64,000 nt of DNA from positions 7,812,001 to 7,876,000 of the forward strand of contig CM035355.1 of NCBI GenBank assembly GCA_020137815.1. Reading direction: 5' to 3'. The DNA is from Hormiphora californensis. Lineage: Eukaryota > Animalia > Ctenophora. Position 1 is the stretch's first letter. Every line of letters starts with the position of its first letter. The position numbers were made by a program, and so were the translations under genes. The notes below the pieces were generated by a model. That model did no database searches and was not told the origin of the DNA. It saw only the letters and a program-made list of their open reading frames with translations. Below are positions 43,447 to 59,858 of this stretch, piece by piece.

Positions 43447-45147
43447 GCGAGGATTTTTCACAAATTTGTATTTAGATATTTAGATATGCTCCTATTATTA
43501 CTGGTACTCATAATACCACTAGACCGGTGTACAATTGTTTACTCTAAATTTCTGTGAAAACTAGAACATATTTACTTGCTCTAAAGCAAAGTTATAGCCG
43601 TTTAAACACGTGTGGAGCAAAATTCTGCGGAGCCCCCTCTAGAGGAGATGTTTTGCATCCTTTCTCCTTGAAATTTTAGTAAATATACAATCAAATTATT
43701 TCTAGCTATACCGTTTAAAAATTAAAAGTCAGGAACTCAAATTGTGCGGAGCACATCGATTTTTTGTAGCAAATCTTACTCTTTGGGGTTACTTAAATTT
43801 ACTTTACATTTTATTCATAAACTATTAGATTCTAGAGACATTTTAGGAGCTTTTAAGTCATTAACTTGATCAAAACATTTGCTCAAATTTGTGTGGAGCT
43901 GATTTTTCCTAGCCGATAATTTATTCCAAATTTAATCGACGGAAGATCTGCAGCTATACTTCCAAATAGAGTAATAAATCAAAAGTAATAGGAGTAGCTT
44001 CTTGAAATAAGTCAATTAAGTTAGCAAAATGATAGTGGAGCAAGATTCTTGTGTATTTCGAAGATACTAACTCAAAATATGTGGAGCAAATACTGATTTT
44101 TTGACAAAAACTGCTCCACATCGTTTGAGTTGCGGTTTATAACCGGTTCTTGATTTTGAAAATAAGCTTGTACAGATAATTGGGCACAAAACTTTACCAT
44201 TTTACCACAAAAAGTTACCTTCAATTGTTGGAGGAGACCCGAAAGGAGCCGTATTTGGTCCAGGACGTCATAAAATTCGCACAAACTTAGAGCATGCTCG
44301 TTTTCTGATTTCAGAGAGGAAAATCATTGCGCCCTGAGTTTGATAAAAAAAAGGCTTAACTAATTATTGGTTAAATTATCGCTTATTTGGTTAAAGACTC
44401 AATTGGTTAATATTAACTCGAGTTGTCAGGCCAAAGTAAATGATGGTATTCCAAGGTTTATGTGTAATGATCCAACAATTTGAGTCAAAGGCCCATGATT
44501 AGGCAAATTATTTGTAATATTAGGGGTCCGATGAACGTTCTGTGATGCAAATAAAGTTATTATGTGATATTCAAGTATATATTTTAGACGCGGAAAATGG
44601 AGGGGAAAAAGTGATTTGCTCACAAATGTTGAGTCATAAGATTAAATTAGTGATCAAATATGTACTGGTATGGTATTGTTACAACTGCATACGTTTTTAG
44701 TTTGATTGCTCGTCATGTCCCCCCTTCGCTCGTTACCCTACATATTGTAGGCTACAACATGGAGCATGCCGTGCTAGACATTGTAATCCATTATCAGGCT
44801 GCCCCCCGTTATTGTGGTTGGAGGTGATGAGAGAGGATAGAACAAGGCATCCCCCACCTCTGTACAATACCCTCCCCCATCCCTACAGTATAATGGGGCA
44901 TGACCGTGGATGACAAAGAAGGCGGAACTGGGAAGGGGCAGCTTTGGGGGGGGGGGGGGGGGGGTGAAGGAACATACAGGAATATGTAGAGAAAGGGAGC
45001 TAGGCCGCATACTGCATAGAGAGACGAGCCACATAGAGAGATGAGCCACATAGAGATTAGAGAAGGGACAGAGAGAGACGGGGGCGTGTTATAGAGAGAG
45101 TGAGAGAGACGGGGGTGTATCATAGAGAGAGAGTACAAGAAACCCCC

Positions 45148-45182
<35 letters not shown>

Positions 45183-45233
45183 CAGGAAAACCTACTACTT
45201 AGCTACACACACAAACTAACTGTGTATAATTAC

Positions 45234-45621
45234 CTGTAAACTCAGCGGGTACAGGAACCACATAATTCACATTGGCGTACTTCTCCGCCTCCTTCGCCGC
45301 CCCCTTACTCCAAGTCCCCGAGACAATATAATCAACTACGTCATCCTTCCCGGAGATGAGATTGAGAGGGATAGCAGAGAACATTCCGCTAGCTCCTCCC
45401 TGCAGCCACAAGACCTTGTAATTATCAGGGATCTCCAAGATTTCCCGTAGCAGACACCCAGTTTCCTTGACGAGCGCACTGAATTCGGGGCTCCTGTGAC
45501 TGATCTCCAACACACTCATGCCCGTGTTTTCAAAGTTGAACAATTCCGAGGAGATTTGAGTGAGAACCTCGTTGGGGAGCTTGGCGGGGCCAGCGTTGAA
45601 AACAGAAATGGCATCAGACAT
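45234..45621 (-). CDS. PSAT1: Phosphoserine aminotransferase, first coding exon only
   Basis: FNAGPAKLP, GMSVLEISHRS, IPDNYKVLWLQGGASGMF, GTWSKGAAKEA; donor cag|gtaatt at 45233; no further exons recognised in the window. Confidence 0.9.
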
Positions 45622-45770
45622 GATGATGGAGGTCTCTAGAGCACGGGAGGGGGCGTTATAAAAATGATATCATTAGAACGATGTACAACAATCTAGTTCA
45701 TTAAATATCGTTAAACATCAAATCAATTCAAAAATAAACACAAGCATCAAAACATCTGAGTTTCCCTTAA

Positions 45771-46331
45771 TCATATCAGGTACCGGCGACATAAAAATTT
45801 CACTTTTTGATGGAACGCCTGCGATTGGATGGGGGTGTTTGGCTCGTAAAAAGGATTCATTGCAGTTTTTATATACAACTCGTATACTTCCTGAAATAAG
45901 ATCAGACGATTAGAGAGAAAAATAGTAATTCGATTTGGCATATATTCACATGCAAGGAGAATATATCACATGCCTGGAAGAACTGGCGAATGCTATCCTC
46001 GTTTTTTATGTCATGGAGAATAATAAAGCGTTGTTTTCCCGCCGTCACGAACGCAGAAACGTTCCAATCGTTAAATTTATCAACAATCTGTGAAAATCAT
46101 GAATTGTTTAAGGTATGTTATAGATGGTCGTTTCTCAGAACGTACCTTTAGGTACATAGAATTTGTAGTCCACATGTGCTCGCCTATCATGTCCAAGGAG
46201 GCGTGGGCCACAAACTGACAAAGATCCCGATAATCATCCTTTTTACTTTGCCCATCTCTGCTGCAATGTTCTTGCTCGTAAATGGGATTGTCGTGATGCC
46301 CAACGATGACGAAATAATAGTTTCCTGACAT
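45771..46331 (-). CDS. TRAPPC2: TRAPP complex subunit 2 (sedlin), 139 aa; exons 46331-46146, 46087-45974, 45890-45771
   Basis: [16 protein letters not shown]...MYLK|[17 protein letters not shown]...FFQ|[21 protein letters not shown]...; the second intron has a GC donor. Confidence 0.95.
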
Positions 46332-46454
46332 CTTGGGAGCGAGGACGATTTTGAAATTTCGCGTTCACACTTTGCGCCGGGGTTTTTTTTAATCCAAGTA
46401 AAATTTTAAGCTCGATTTTTGGTTTTTTTTTTAATTTGAGGTCATTAATTTGAG

Positions 46455-49364
46455 ATGGTCACGAAAACAACTGCTGAACAAATCAAGGCTGAGCTACGTG
46501 GCCGTGGTGTACGATTCAAATCCAACTTGAAAAAAGCTGACCTGGTAAAACTTCTCGAAGATCATATCGCCGAAACTACACCTAAATGCGACGATTCAGA
46601 GATCTATGTGTCGGACTTTCATCGTGATATCAATCATGCCTACAAAGAGGTAGTATTCTGGAGGCAAAATCTCTGCCAGGTACCCTCAGGTCGTGTTGGT
46701 AAAGACTTTGTCCGTGAAGCGGCCGATTGCCTCAACTCATTCAACAACAACACGAGTAAAAGGCCCTTTGCACTCATGCTGTTGTTTATACTCTTCCCCC
46801 TGGTGCTCCAAAAACCTTCCGCTAACAGTAAATCCCGCGATCACACCATCGCCATCGAAAGAAGGCTCAAGCTCTTCCGAGACGGAGACTTTCATTCTTT
46901 ACTGAGAGAGGGAAGGGTGATTCAAAGCAGACTGGCAAGTAATGAAGGAAAATCGAGAAACGCACTGAAAGCATTCACAAGACTCATGCTACAAGGAAAG
47001 GTCGGACAGGCACTGCGAGCGATTCGTGAAAGTGATGTAGCACCAGTTCCCATTACACCATCTGTCGTCCAGGAGCTGGCTAAGAAACACCCACCCAGCT
47101 CAGATTCATCAACGCTCCTGAACGGTCCACTCCTCCCAAAAACTGACTGTATGTTCTCCCAACTATCTGCAGCGGCTGTCATCAAAGCTGCTAATACATT
47201 AACAGGGTCTGGAGGTCCATCAGGAGCTAACTCAGATTTATGGAAACATATACTTTTATCAAAGAAGCTGAGCCCGTCGTCAACTGAGTTAGCACAGGCT
47301 ATTGCCACCTTCGCTGTTAAGATAGCTACAGAACCAATCGACCCGAAACATATTACATCCTATGTGGCCTCCCGGCTAGTTCCCCTGAGCAAGAAGCCAA
47401 CTGGTATTCGACCAATCGGGATCGGTGAAATACTAAGACGATTGGTGGGCAAAGTTATCACTCGAGCTCTCAAACCGGACATTATTGAATGCACAGCACC
47501 TATTCAACTGTGTGCAGGACTCGAGAGCGGCGTGGAGGCTGCTGTTCACGCAGCAAGAGATTTATTTGAGAGAGAAAATTGTGAATGTATTTTGCTTGTA
47601 GATGCTAGTAACGCTTTTAACTCTTTAAACCGTGTGTCAGCTTTGAATAATATTAACTATACCTGCCCTGAATTCGAATTATATCTGAAAAATACTTACG
47701 GATTAACTGCTGATCTCTTCCTATGCGATGGCATGACCCATGAGACTATGAAATCAGCCGAGGGTACGACCCAGGGAGACACAGCGGCTATGCCTATGTA
47801 TGCCTGTTGCCTCATGCCCCTCATTCGCTCCCTAAAGGACTCCTCCCTTACTCAAATATTCTATGCCGATGATGGACTAGGTGGAGGCAAACTCTCATCA
47901 GTAAAATCATGGTGGGACAAAATTAAGAGTGACGGACCGGGCTACGGATACCTCCCCAACCCCGGGAAATCGTGGTTAATTGTAAAACCCCAATATGAAG
48001 AAACTGCAAGGGAAATTTTCACCGATGTCAACATCACCACAGACGGCCAACGATACCTAGGCTCATACATCGGAACAGAGGAGAGCCAGAGGGAATTTGT
48101 CCAGAACGAGGTTGCAAAATGGAATGAGGAGATCAGTCAACTCTGTGAAATTGCAGTAAACGAACCACAGCTGGCCTATAGTGCATATACCATCGGGATC
48201 TCGAAAAGGTGGAACTACCTCATGAGAACAACTCCAGGAATATCCCAACAACTTGGAGTCATCGAGAAAACCATCCACCAGAAACTTCTCCCTGCGCTAA
48301 CTGGCCAACATGTTATCAGCGACACTTTGAGATCAGTCGCCTCCCTTCCTGTCAGATTTGGAGGATTGGGTATTGATGATCCTGAACAATCAGCAGACTC
48401 GGAGTACAGCTTTTCTAAATTCATCACAGAAGACTTGTCTGCAGCGGTTCTTGGTCAACACGAAACATTTCAGGTTAACAAAAAGCAACAAACTGAGAAA
48501 TCATCCATTATTCACCGTACCAAAAATGACATGCATCACCAGAAAATCGAGGAAATACGAAGCAAAATGACTAGCGCCGAAAGCAGGAACCTTGATCTCC
48601 TGTCCGAGAAAGGTGCATCTTCTTGGCTAACTTGTCTTCCCCTTCAAGCACTGAACTTTACCTTGAACAGGCAAGAATGGCATGATGCTCTTTCTGCACG
48701 ATACAACCTGCCGCTGACGGGAGAAGCACTACCTACCAATTGCGTGTGTGGAGAGGAAAACAGTATCGATCACTCCATTTCATGTAAAATCGGCGGTTTT
48801 GTTTGCTTTCGCCACAACAATGTGAGAGACTTCATCGCAAGTGAGTTCAGTAATGTATGTCATGACACGAAAGTAGAACCTCATCTGTTGAATGTACGAG
48901 GGACGAGTCTGCCAGAGGGAACTATTACCGCGGATGGTGCTCGTCTAGATATCAGTACACGTGATTTCTGGTCTAGTATGGATAACACCTATTTTGATGT
49001 GAGGATTTTTAATCCTAGGGTGGCATCCAACTCTAACCAGGCAATCTCTAAAGTGTACGAAAAACATGAGAGGGAGAAAAAGACTGGCTACCTTCATCGG
49101 GTCCTTGAGGTAGAAAAATCATCATTTACACCTTTGGTAATGTCCACAACGGGGGGACTCGGCCGAGAATTTAATAAGACTCTGAAACAACTCGCCGACA
49201 AGAAAGCGAAGAAAACAGGATACTCATATGACCAATGTATCCGTTATCTCCGACTCCGGCTGTCCTTCGCCATGGTGCGTTCAATAACAATCTCCATCAG
49301 AGGGCATCGGGGTAGAATGAGAGGGGAAGGCAACATGGATGAGCAGTTATACCAGATGGGCTAA
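46455..49364 (+). mobile_element. CRE-clade non-LTR retrotransposon ORF (969 aa): SAP/HeH-like N-terminus, reverse transcriptase, zinc knuckle, restriction-like endonuclease
   Basis: RT motifs IRPIGIGE, DASNAFN, GTTQGD, FYADD, RYLG; CVC...H...C; RHN; RLDI...YFDVR; EREKK; FTPLVMSTTGG; uninterrupted ORF. Confidence 0.92.
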
Positions 49365-49998
49365 TTGACTATACTTTATGTTTAATTTATTACATGTTTG
49401 TTTATTGTGAAGTGTCTACACTTATTGATATTCAGGCCGATGTTGGCCGCCACCCGATTTTAAGCGATGCCCAACGTACGTTTAAACGTAACATGCGAAC
49501 AATTTTAAAAACTCCGCCACGTTACGCGACGCGCGGTACGCTGCACCGCGCCGGCCCGGTTGTCAAGAAATTGAAGTTTAAAATTTCTAAATTTTTCCTG
49601 ATATTAATTTTTTTGGCTTTCGCCCTCGTTCTAAGACTTTGTTACGGTCTGTTTGACAATTTTGGAGCTCGGAAGGCCAGCGGAACGAGCTAAATGACAA
49701 AGCCTGCTATGCTTTGGAGTCAATCGCACAAGGTTTACAGTTTAAACTCCAACGCACCGAAATTAAGAAATAAAACACCATCCAAACTACAATAAAACAC
49801 GACTTACAACTTGTAAGTCGCGTTTTATTGTAGCTTGGATGGTGTTTTGTAAGTTACAAGGCAGTACCAAAGTACCAGATGCAGTATTGACTGCTCCTTA
49901 AATATCTGAGTTAATAATTGTTTGCCTATTGTTTGATTTATGTTACAGCCCCTCATGCACAGCCATTTTTCACCCTTTGTAATCAGCCCACAGCCCAA

Positions 49999-51809
49999 TC
50001 AATGATTATAAAACTTTTGGTAACTTGGTTCCTCAACCCGCTCGTCGTGGCCGAGGAAAAGGAACCAAGTTAGCAAACAGCACAGGTACAAATACACACC
50101 TAAGCTGTAGACCATGATCTCGGCAATGTTGAGTTTTAGATTCTGCTTCCCAGACAATGAGATCCTCACTTTATTACCAACTGCCAAGTCACAGTCTATC
50201 CTGAAAAGACGAAAGTGAAGTATCGTGACTGGCCATTGCACTGGTCTCCTGCCTTTTTATTTTTAACCGCTCCAATTAATTAATTTATTAACAGCTTTGT
50301 ATTTAACCTATCTGACTGACCTCTGGTCTCTTGCTTTTTATTTTTCTACCTCGTTATTCATTAATTTATTACCAGCTTCTTTAGATTTTTCCATAGGCCA
50401 TTTATTAGATCATAACCTTATATAGCAATTATATGGTTAGTGTGTATTACCTTATCGGTTATCCTGTTACAGTTACTTATCCATTAACTAATTACTTAGC
50501 TATTCGCCTCCTTTTTAGATCACTAGCCTTTTACTTGAATTAATTATTAACTATACTACTTACTTAGTATTTACACTATGTACTTATTAATCAACAGTTA
50601 ATTATTTAACTAGTTAATTATCTAACGAGTTAATTATCAATTATCTAACTAGTTAATTTCTCAATTATCTAACTACTTAATCACTCAATTAATTAATTAC
50701 GCTATTTCTTAATTAGATATTTTATAACCCTTATTTTCTACATACATATATATATATATATTATATCGAATGACTGCCGACGGTTTTTTAAGGCCTTTAG
50801 GATCTTATAATCCTATAAGAGCCGCTTTAGAAGGCTTGTTAGTGGTGGGTGCGTTGCTTCAATCGACTGATTGAAACGGCGTCCTCCTAGCACTAACAAT
50901 GCATAGGCCCAAAAGCGGGATATAAATTATAATTGTATTTGTATTTGTATAAGAACATCCTGCAGTAATATTTAGTCATTGGTGAATCTGTGAAATAGCA
51001 ATTGGTTGCCTTGCTCGATCCTCCTAGCAGCTGCTTCCCTGCGTTTCAACAAAACAAGGAAATGGTACACAATAACTTACTCGACTGTGCAGTGATCCTG
51101 AAACACGCCACCACTGATGTTATCTATCTGAATCTCCCCGCAGTTGTATACTGAGTTTTCAGCGCTCTCTACCGTGATCCTGGCCCCGTTTAGTCGGTCA
51201 ACCAAACACTGATCTTTATTCTCCTCACACCACTCGTCTTCAAAACTATATGATATGATAATAATAATTGATAAAGATATGCCTTACACCTCACAGGACC
51301 AGAGAAGAGTGGCATACTCTGGTCTCTGGCACTGATAGGAGATCTGAGCGGTTATTTCAGCGGTTATATCGATACTTTACTAAAACAAGTTCACACCATC
51401 AACAATACTTGATTGTTTTAGAAAAGCAGTTTGACAGGAAACTTACCGGTTTACAACAACAACCCTAGTAACAGGAATTTCTGTTTCCATGGCGACTAAA
51501 ATCCAGCTATCAGTACTGGCGTCTGTGTGAGCGTAGCTACTGAAGTTTCCATCATAAGCTAGATCAGATGTGAAATCCTTGAAAACTCCTGATTGTTCAC
51601 TGGATACTATCGGGACTTCCGTGTCACTGATTGGAAAGGGTTGATAGGCAACCATTGATAATTGTACGACTAATTGTCAACTAGTGAGTAGAGAAACAAG
51701 ATTTTTCAAATGATAGATATCATTTTAATTGTTACAAAATCTATTAGTCGACTTACCTGAAGGCTGGGTATAGTATAAACTGGAGGACCACTAAGAGGAC
51801 CAATAACAT
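49999..51809 (-). CDS. Secreted F-type lectin (fucolectin/FTP, galactose-binding-like) domain protein; exons 51809-51757, 51626-51447, 51245-51081, 50200-49999
   Basis: Signal peptide MLLVLLVVLQFILYPAFS; QS...AYDGNFSSYAHT...SWI...VVVVNR...C...C...RLNGA...CG...IDC...G..V.I...LNIAEIMVY; three phase-2 introns. The 3' end is uncertain. Confidence 0.75.
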
Positions 51810-52302
51810 ACCCCTTCCTATGCGATTGTTGTTTTGTTGAGTTAGATAAGCCCGAATCCGAATATATGCATACTATGTACTTATTAGCATTTGTTACCCT
51901 CCTTTACAAAATTTGCCGTCGTGTAGCGTGTTGCGAAAGATAGTCGAGAAAGGCAATACTAGCACCAGTGCAAACAGCATAACGGGAGAGAAAAATCTGT
52001 CAATCACTGTACAACATAGTGCTCAAACCAAAAAGAAGCATGGATACTGAGTTGTAAAGACTTGACTAAATCGGTATTCTCGAACGTGAGTTGTAAAGAG
52101 GGGTATTCAAAGATTAGAGAGAAGAGACAGCTTATTAGTTGTGAGAGGGACAAATCACTAGTTGACATTTTGAACGTCAAAACCTTTAAAACCTCATTCG
52201 TCTGCTAGTTAGTTATGATGCAATCGCAGATGATACCCTTTTCTCCAACTCGTCGTCCCAATTCCAAGTGACGCAAGCAGCATGGGTCTTTATTATAGCA
52301 AT

Positions 52303-52899
52303 GGGGGGGGGGGGGGGGTCGGTCCAGCCCTAAAAAAAGCTAAAGGTACCCTGATTTTGGTCGATAGCGTTTTTTATTTTAGCTTTTTTTAGATTTTTTT
52401 AGCTTTTTTGGCCCTACTTTTTATGTTTTTTCAGCATTCATCTTGACACTTTTCCATTAAATTTTCATCCTTCCGGACGTCTATTGACTGCATTTGTTCA
52501 TTTCCTGCACATTTTTTACCATAATCTACCGTTTATGTCCATACATAGCAATTTCTGTATCCACCCCTACTGCCATTTTCTGGAGACATTTTTTCGATAA
52601 AAATATTATTCAAATTTGATAAAAATAGTTTTAAAAAAGTTCAAAAAACGTTTTAAAACGTTATAATAAAATTTTTAAAAAATTGGCGTCAGCGGGATTC
52701 GAACCTATATGAATCCATTAAAAAACTCAATTTTAGCTTTTTTATTTAGCTTTTTTTAGCTTTTTTTGGGCTTAAAAAAGCTAAAAAAGGCTAAAAAAGG
52801 CTAAAAAAGGCTAAAAAAGCTAAAAAAAAAAGCTAAAAAAAGCTAAAGGTACCCTGATTTTGGCCGTTAGCTTAGCTTTTTTTAGGGCTGGACCCCCCC
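52303..52899. mobile_element. G-ended foldback-type MITE with TIRs made of (aaaaaagct)n, carrying a tRNA 3' fragment on the minus strand at ~52676-52707
   Basis: ggg...ggtccagccctaaaaaaagctaa ... ttagctttttttagggctggaccccccc; flanks agcaa. Confidence 0.8.
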
Positions 52900-53530
52900 A
52901 GCAAATAATTGATGACGTCATTGTGAAATGTGCCAGCAAAGCGAGGAGTTATTTGATAGAAACAAACTATAGAACCGTTCATCGAATAGGCCAAGTAAAT
53001 ACATAATATACACACACATTACATGAGAGGTAAGTAAATGTACACAGGCCACAACAGACCACAACACAGCTGAGAGTGAGAGAGAGAGAGAGAGTGAGAG
53101 AGAGAGAGAAGGGAGAGAAGGAACAAGTGTGATATGTCACAACAATGTCGTTTTCCCCGTGTCTATTGTTGGGAGAATAAAGGCACGTCTGGTTACGTAT
53201 GTGCATGGAGAGTGGAGACTAAGGCGTCAATGATCGAGTTGTAACTCCCGGACTATTTCTCTCGTCTGACGTCTCTATCTATGTACTTATCTATTACAAT
53301 TATCTTAATGGGTCTCTAATTAATTTCTCCCCCACCCCTCTCTTCCCCTCTATCTCTCTCTTCCCCTCTATCTCTCTCTTCCCCTCTATCTCTCTCTCTT
53401 CCCCTCTATCTCTCTCTCTCTCTCTCTCTCTCAGTTCAGATCACATTGCTGTTGCTGCGAGCGATTTTTATCGCTCTGATCGTTATCTCTGCTTGAAATT
53501 GTCTCACCGTTCGAGGATCACCGTAACATC

Positions 53531-54448
53531 ATGATGGAGTGGAATCCCAAAGACCCTGCCCCTGACAAAGTTACGAAGCTGTATAACATGATTCGTAACA
53601 ACACATCGCCTGGTTCAATGAATAAGTTTACTCCAGATGAGCTGCACGATCTGATAGGTAGAGGAATGCCTATTCCTGATATCAGTATTGAAACATTTAA
53701 TGGGAGGAAGTACATGAAGAACAACCTAGCGTATTTTCTGGCGGAGTCATGCAATCTACTTTTTGATCTTGCATTCCCCCTGGGGAGTAGGAGACCGTCA
53801 ACTTCCAGTGTTGATGGGGAGGACGAGAGGAACAGCCTACAGAAGGAGCTGGCTGATACCCACCGTAGGATAATTGATCTTCAAGATCAAGTTATCCAAC
53901 TGAAAGATGAAATTCGAAATGTTGAGTCTGCAGCTTTGACTAAGACTGTACAGCGTGACCTGAAGAGCTATTCAGCTATCTTGACGCAGAACTGTAGTGC
54001 CGCACTAGCTCCGATGAAAATCCAGGAAGCTGTCAGTAAAGCATCAGTCCCAAGAGCTGACCAAGAGGACCGCTCCAAGAATCTGATGATTTTTGGGCTG
54101 CCTGAGGAACCTGCTGGAGGTGCTGTGGATGCCACGGTGACGTCTCTGTTAGAGGAACTGAACGAGAAGCCACTTCTGGACAGCTGTATCAGGTTGGGAT
54201 CTAAAGTTGAGGGTAAGGTTAGGCCTGTTAAAGTGACATTGCAGTCTAGAGACAGTCTCCTTGTTCTTTTGAGAAAGGCGTGTGAGTTGAGAAAGTCTGG
54301 CAGTTATAGCCGTGTTTATATCGAGCCTGACAGGAGTTTTGAAGAGAGGGTTGAAAGGAGGAAATCCATTAAAACTCTTAACGAACTGAGACACGAGCAC
54401 CCAGAGAGAAAGTATATTTTGAGAAAAGGTGTGATAGAGTGCATCTAG
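53531..54448 (+). mobile_element. LINE (CR1/L2/L1-type) ORF1-like protein, 305 aa, with no ORF2
   Basis: Coiled coil (LQKELADTHRRIIDLQDQVIQLKDEI) then RRM-like DRSKNLMIFGLPE...RLG...RPVKVTL...VYIEPD; intronless; flanked by (CT)n. Confidence 0.8.
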
Positions 54449-54614
54449 AACTCACCAAATTTTGCCCCACAAGCTTGTGGAGATCATCTTCCTGTTTTAA
54501 ATGTCTATCTTTACGAGTATCGATCTCTTCGCACGGGGCAGGACTCAGTATGTTTAATATTTATTTATTTTTCATTGCTGTATTGTCCACCATTAAATTT
54601 TCCAGCCAGCCAGC

Positions 54615-54704
<90 letters not shown>

Positions 54705-54755
54705 ATCATCTCTACATTTTTCTCTTTTATTATCTAATAATTTATTTTACATATA

Positions 54756-54927
54756 CAGTCGGACCCCGATTTACCGGGCCCCGATTTACCGGAACCCCGA
54801 TTTACCGGGAGGATAATCTTCCCCCGATATAGGAAATTAACAGTATTTGACCCCGATATACCGGGCACCCCGATTTACCGGGCAAAACCCTTTCCCCCGA
54901 GCATCCCGGTAAATCGGGGTCCGACTG
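54756..54927. mobile_element. Tc1/pogo-type MITE
   Basis: ta|cagtcggaccccgatttaccggg ... cccggtaaatcggggtccgactg|ta. Confidence 0.9.
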
Positions 54928-55342
54928 TACTCATAAATTTCCATGTGACCCGTAACTCACGCAGCTGGTAGGTGATAGCAAAACATTACTAATTTTAGTA
55001 AAATTGCCGTGGCATGATTTATGCTCTGCCACTATTCTTCCAGGAAAATTCCGAACAATATTTCAATGTAAACATCTACTCATTCAAAACAACAAATATT
55101 TTGAGAATGGATAAATTAAAACTTAAAAATAAAGTCTACAACATATTTACAAGATCACACATACACACATTCATCTGATAATGTCGAGGGAGGGTAGTAG
55201 CACCACAAAAAGAGAGATCGTTACTTTTACTAAGGAGAGCAAAAGAGAGATTGTTACTTTTACTAAAGAGAGCAAAAGAGAGATCGTTACTTTTACTAAA
55301 GAGAGCAAAAGAGAGAGATTGGTACATTAACGAAGGTAAGAG

Positions 55343-58618
<3,276 letters not shown>

Positions 58619-59112
58619 AGCAGGACACACAGGACAAACACTATACAGGGGAGATTGTTAATATTATCACAACAGAATGCTGACACGATGATGACAAAAT
58701 CAACCAATGATTGAACAAAAGCAAAGCAAAAACAAGCTCAAAATATAAACTGCAGCATTGCGGAAAAACATAATATGTTATTGTCAGATTCGATACGTGG
58801 CTTGAAAGAAAAGCCTGGGAAATGATTATAACCTGGGAAAAACACCGGCAGATTATCTCTTAGCTGAGATAAGGATCAACAGATAACACGATAGAGTAAC
58901 GGTTTAAAGTAACTAATGTAATAACTACATTTGGCAGACAAGCTAACTAGCAAACGGGGTCAAAGAGAAGGAGCAGTAGAAAAAACTGGAATAATTGAAA
59001 GAGAGAGAGATGCTATTGGTGGAATGGTGGAACAGTGCACGTTCTGACCCTCTTATCTCTCTACTATATATGACATGCACTGATAGCAGTTCCTGTTTTG
59101 TATCTACTGTTC

Positions 59113-59255
<143 letters not shown>

Positions 59256-59798
59256 CACTTTCTCGCTCTTGCACTCCTTCTTTATTTTCTCTCTTTCACC
59301 CCCTCCCCCCCTTCTTCAATTAAACGATTTCTCAATAAACTGTTTTCTCAAAAAAAAACTGACTCAACTATTTCTATATTTGAATAACTATGTTTTAGCA
59401 TAATTTTACTGGTCTGAGTAGTGACTGTAGTGACAACACAACTAAGATAACAGAATATAGCAAGTAGCAGCATCTCCAAAACACAAATCAAAACTTTAAC
59501 TCGACTTTCTATAGCAAACTAAGATAATTATATCAATATCTCTACCAAAATCAAAAATTTTTATAGCAAAATCAAGCTTCAATTTGGTTTTTCTCCGACA
59601 CCCCACAATTGAGACTGATCGCAAAAAGGAGAGAGAGTCAAAGGAGGAGCAGAAGGACAGTGTCCCCTCATCTTGTACTGGTGGTCACGTGACAATTACA
59701 TGGGGTCACGTGATACCAGCTGCTGGTGTGTGCTGCTTGTCTAACGGTGTAGTCGTGCTTGAGAGATGAGCTGAGAGAGAGGGAGAGAGAGAGAGGGG

Positions 59799-59858
<60 letters not shown>

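Noticed and set aside
43450-44340. AT-rich stretch with recurring tggagca motifs
   Set aside because: Probably a decayed transposon, but termini could not be defined
49434-49720. GC-rich segment and 99-aa ORF after the CRE stop
   Set aside because: Looks like a fragment of another repeat; no matching second end found and no support for coding
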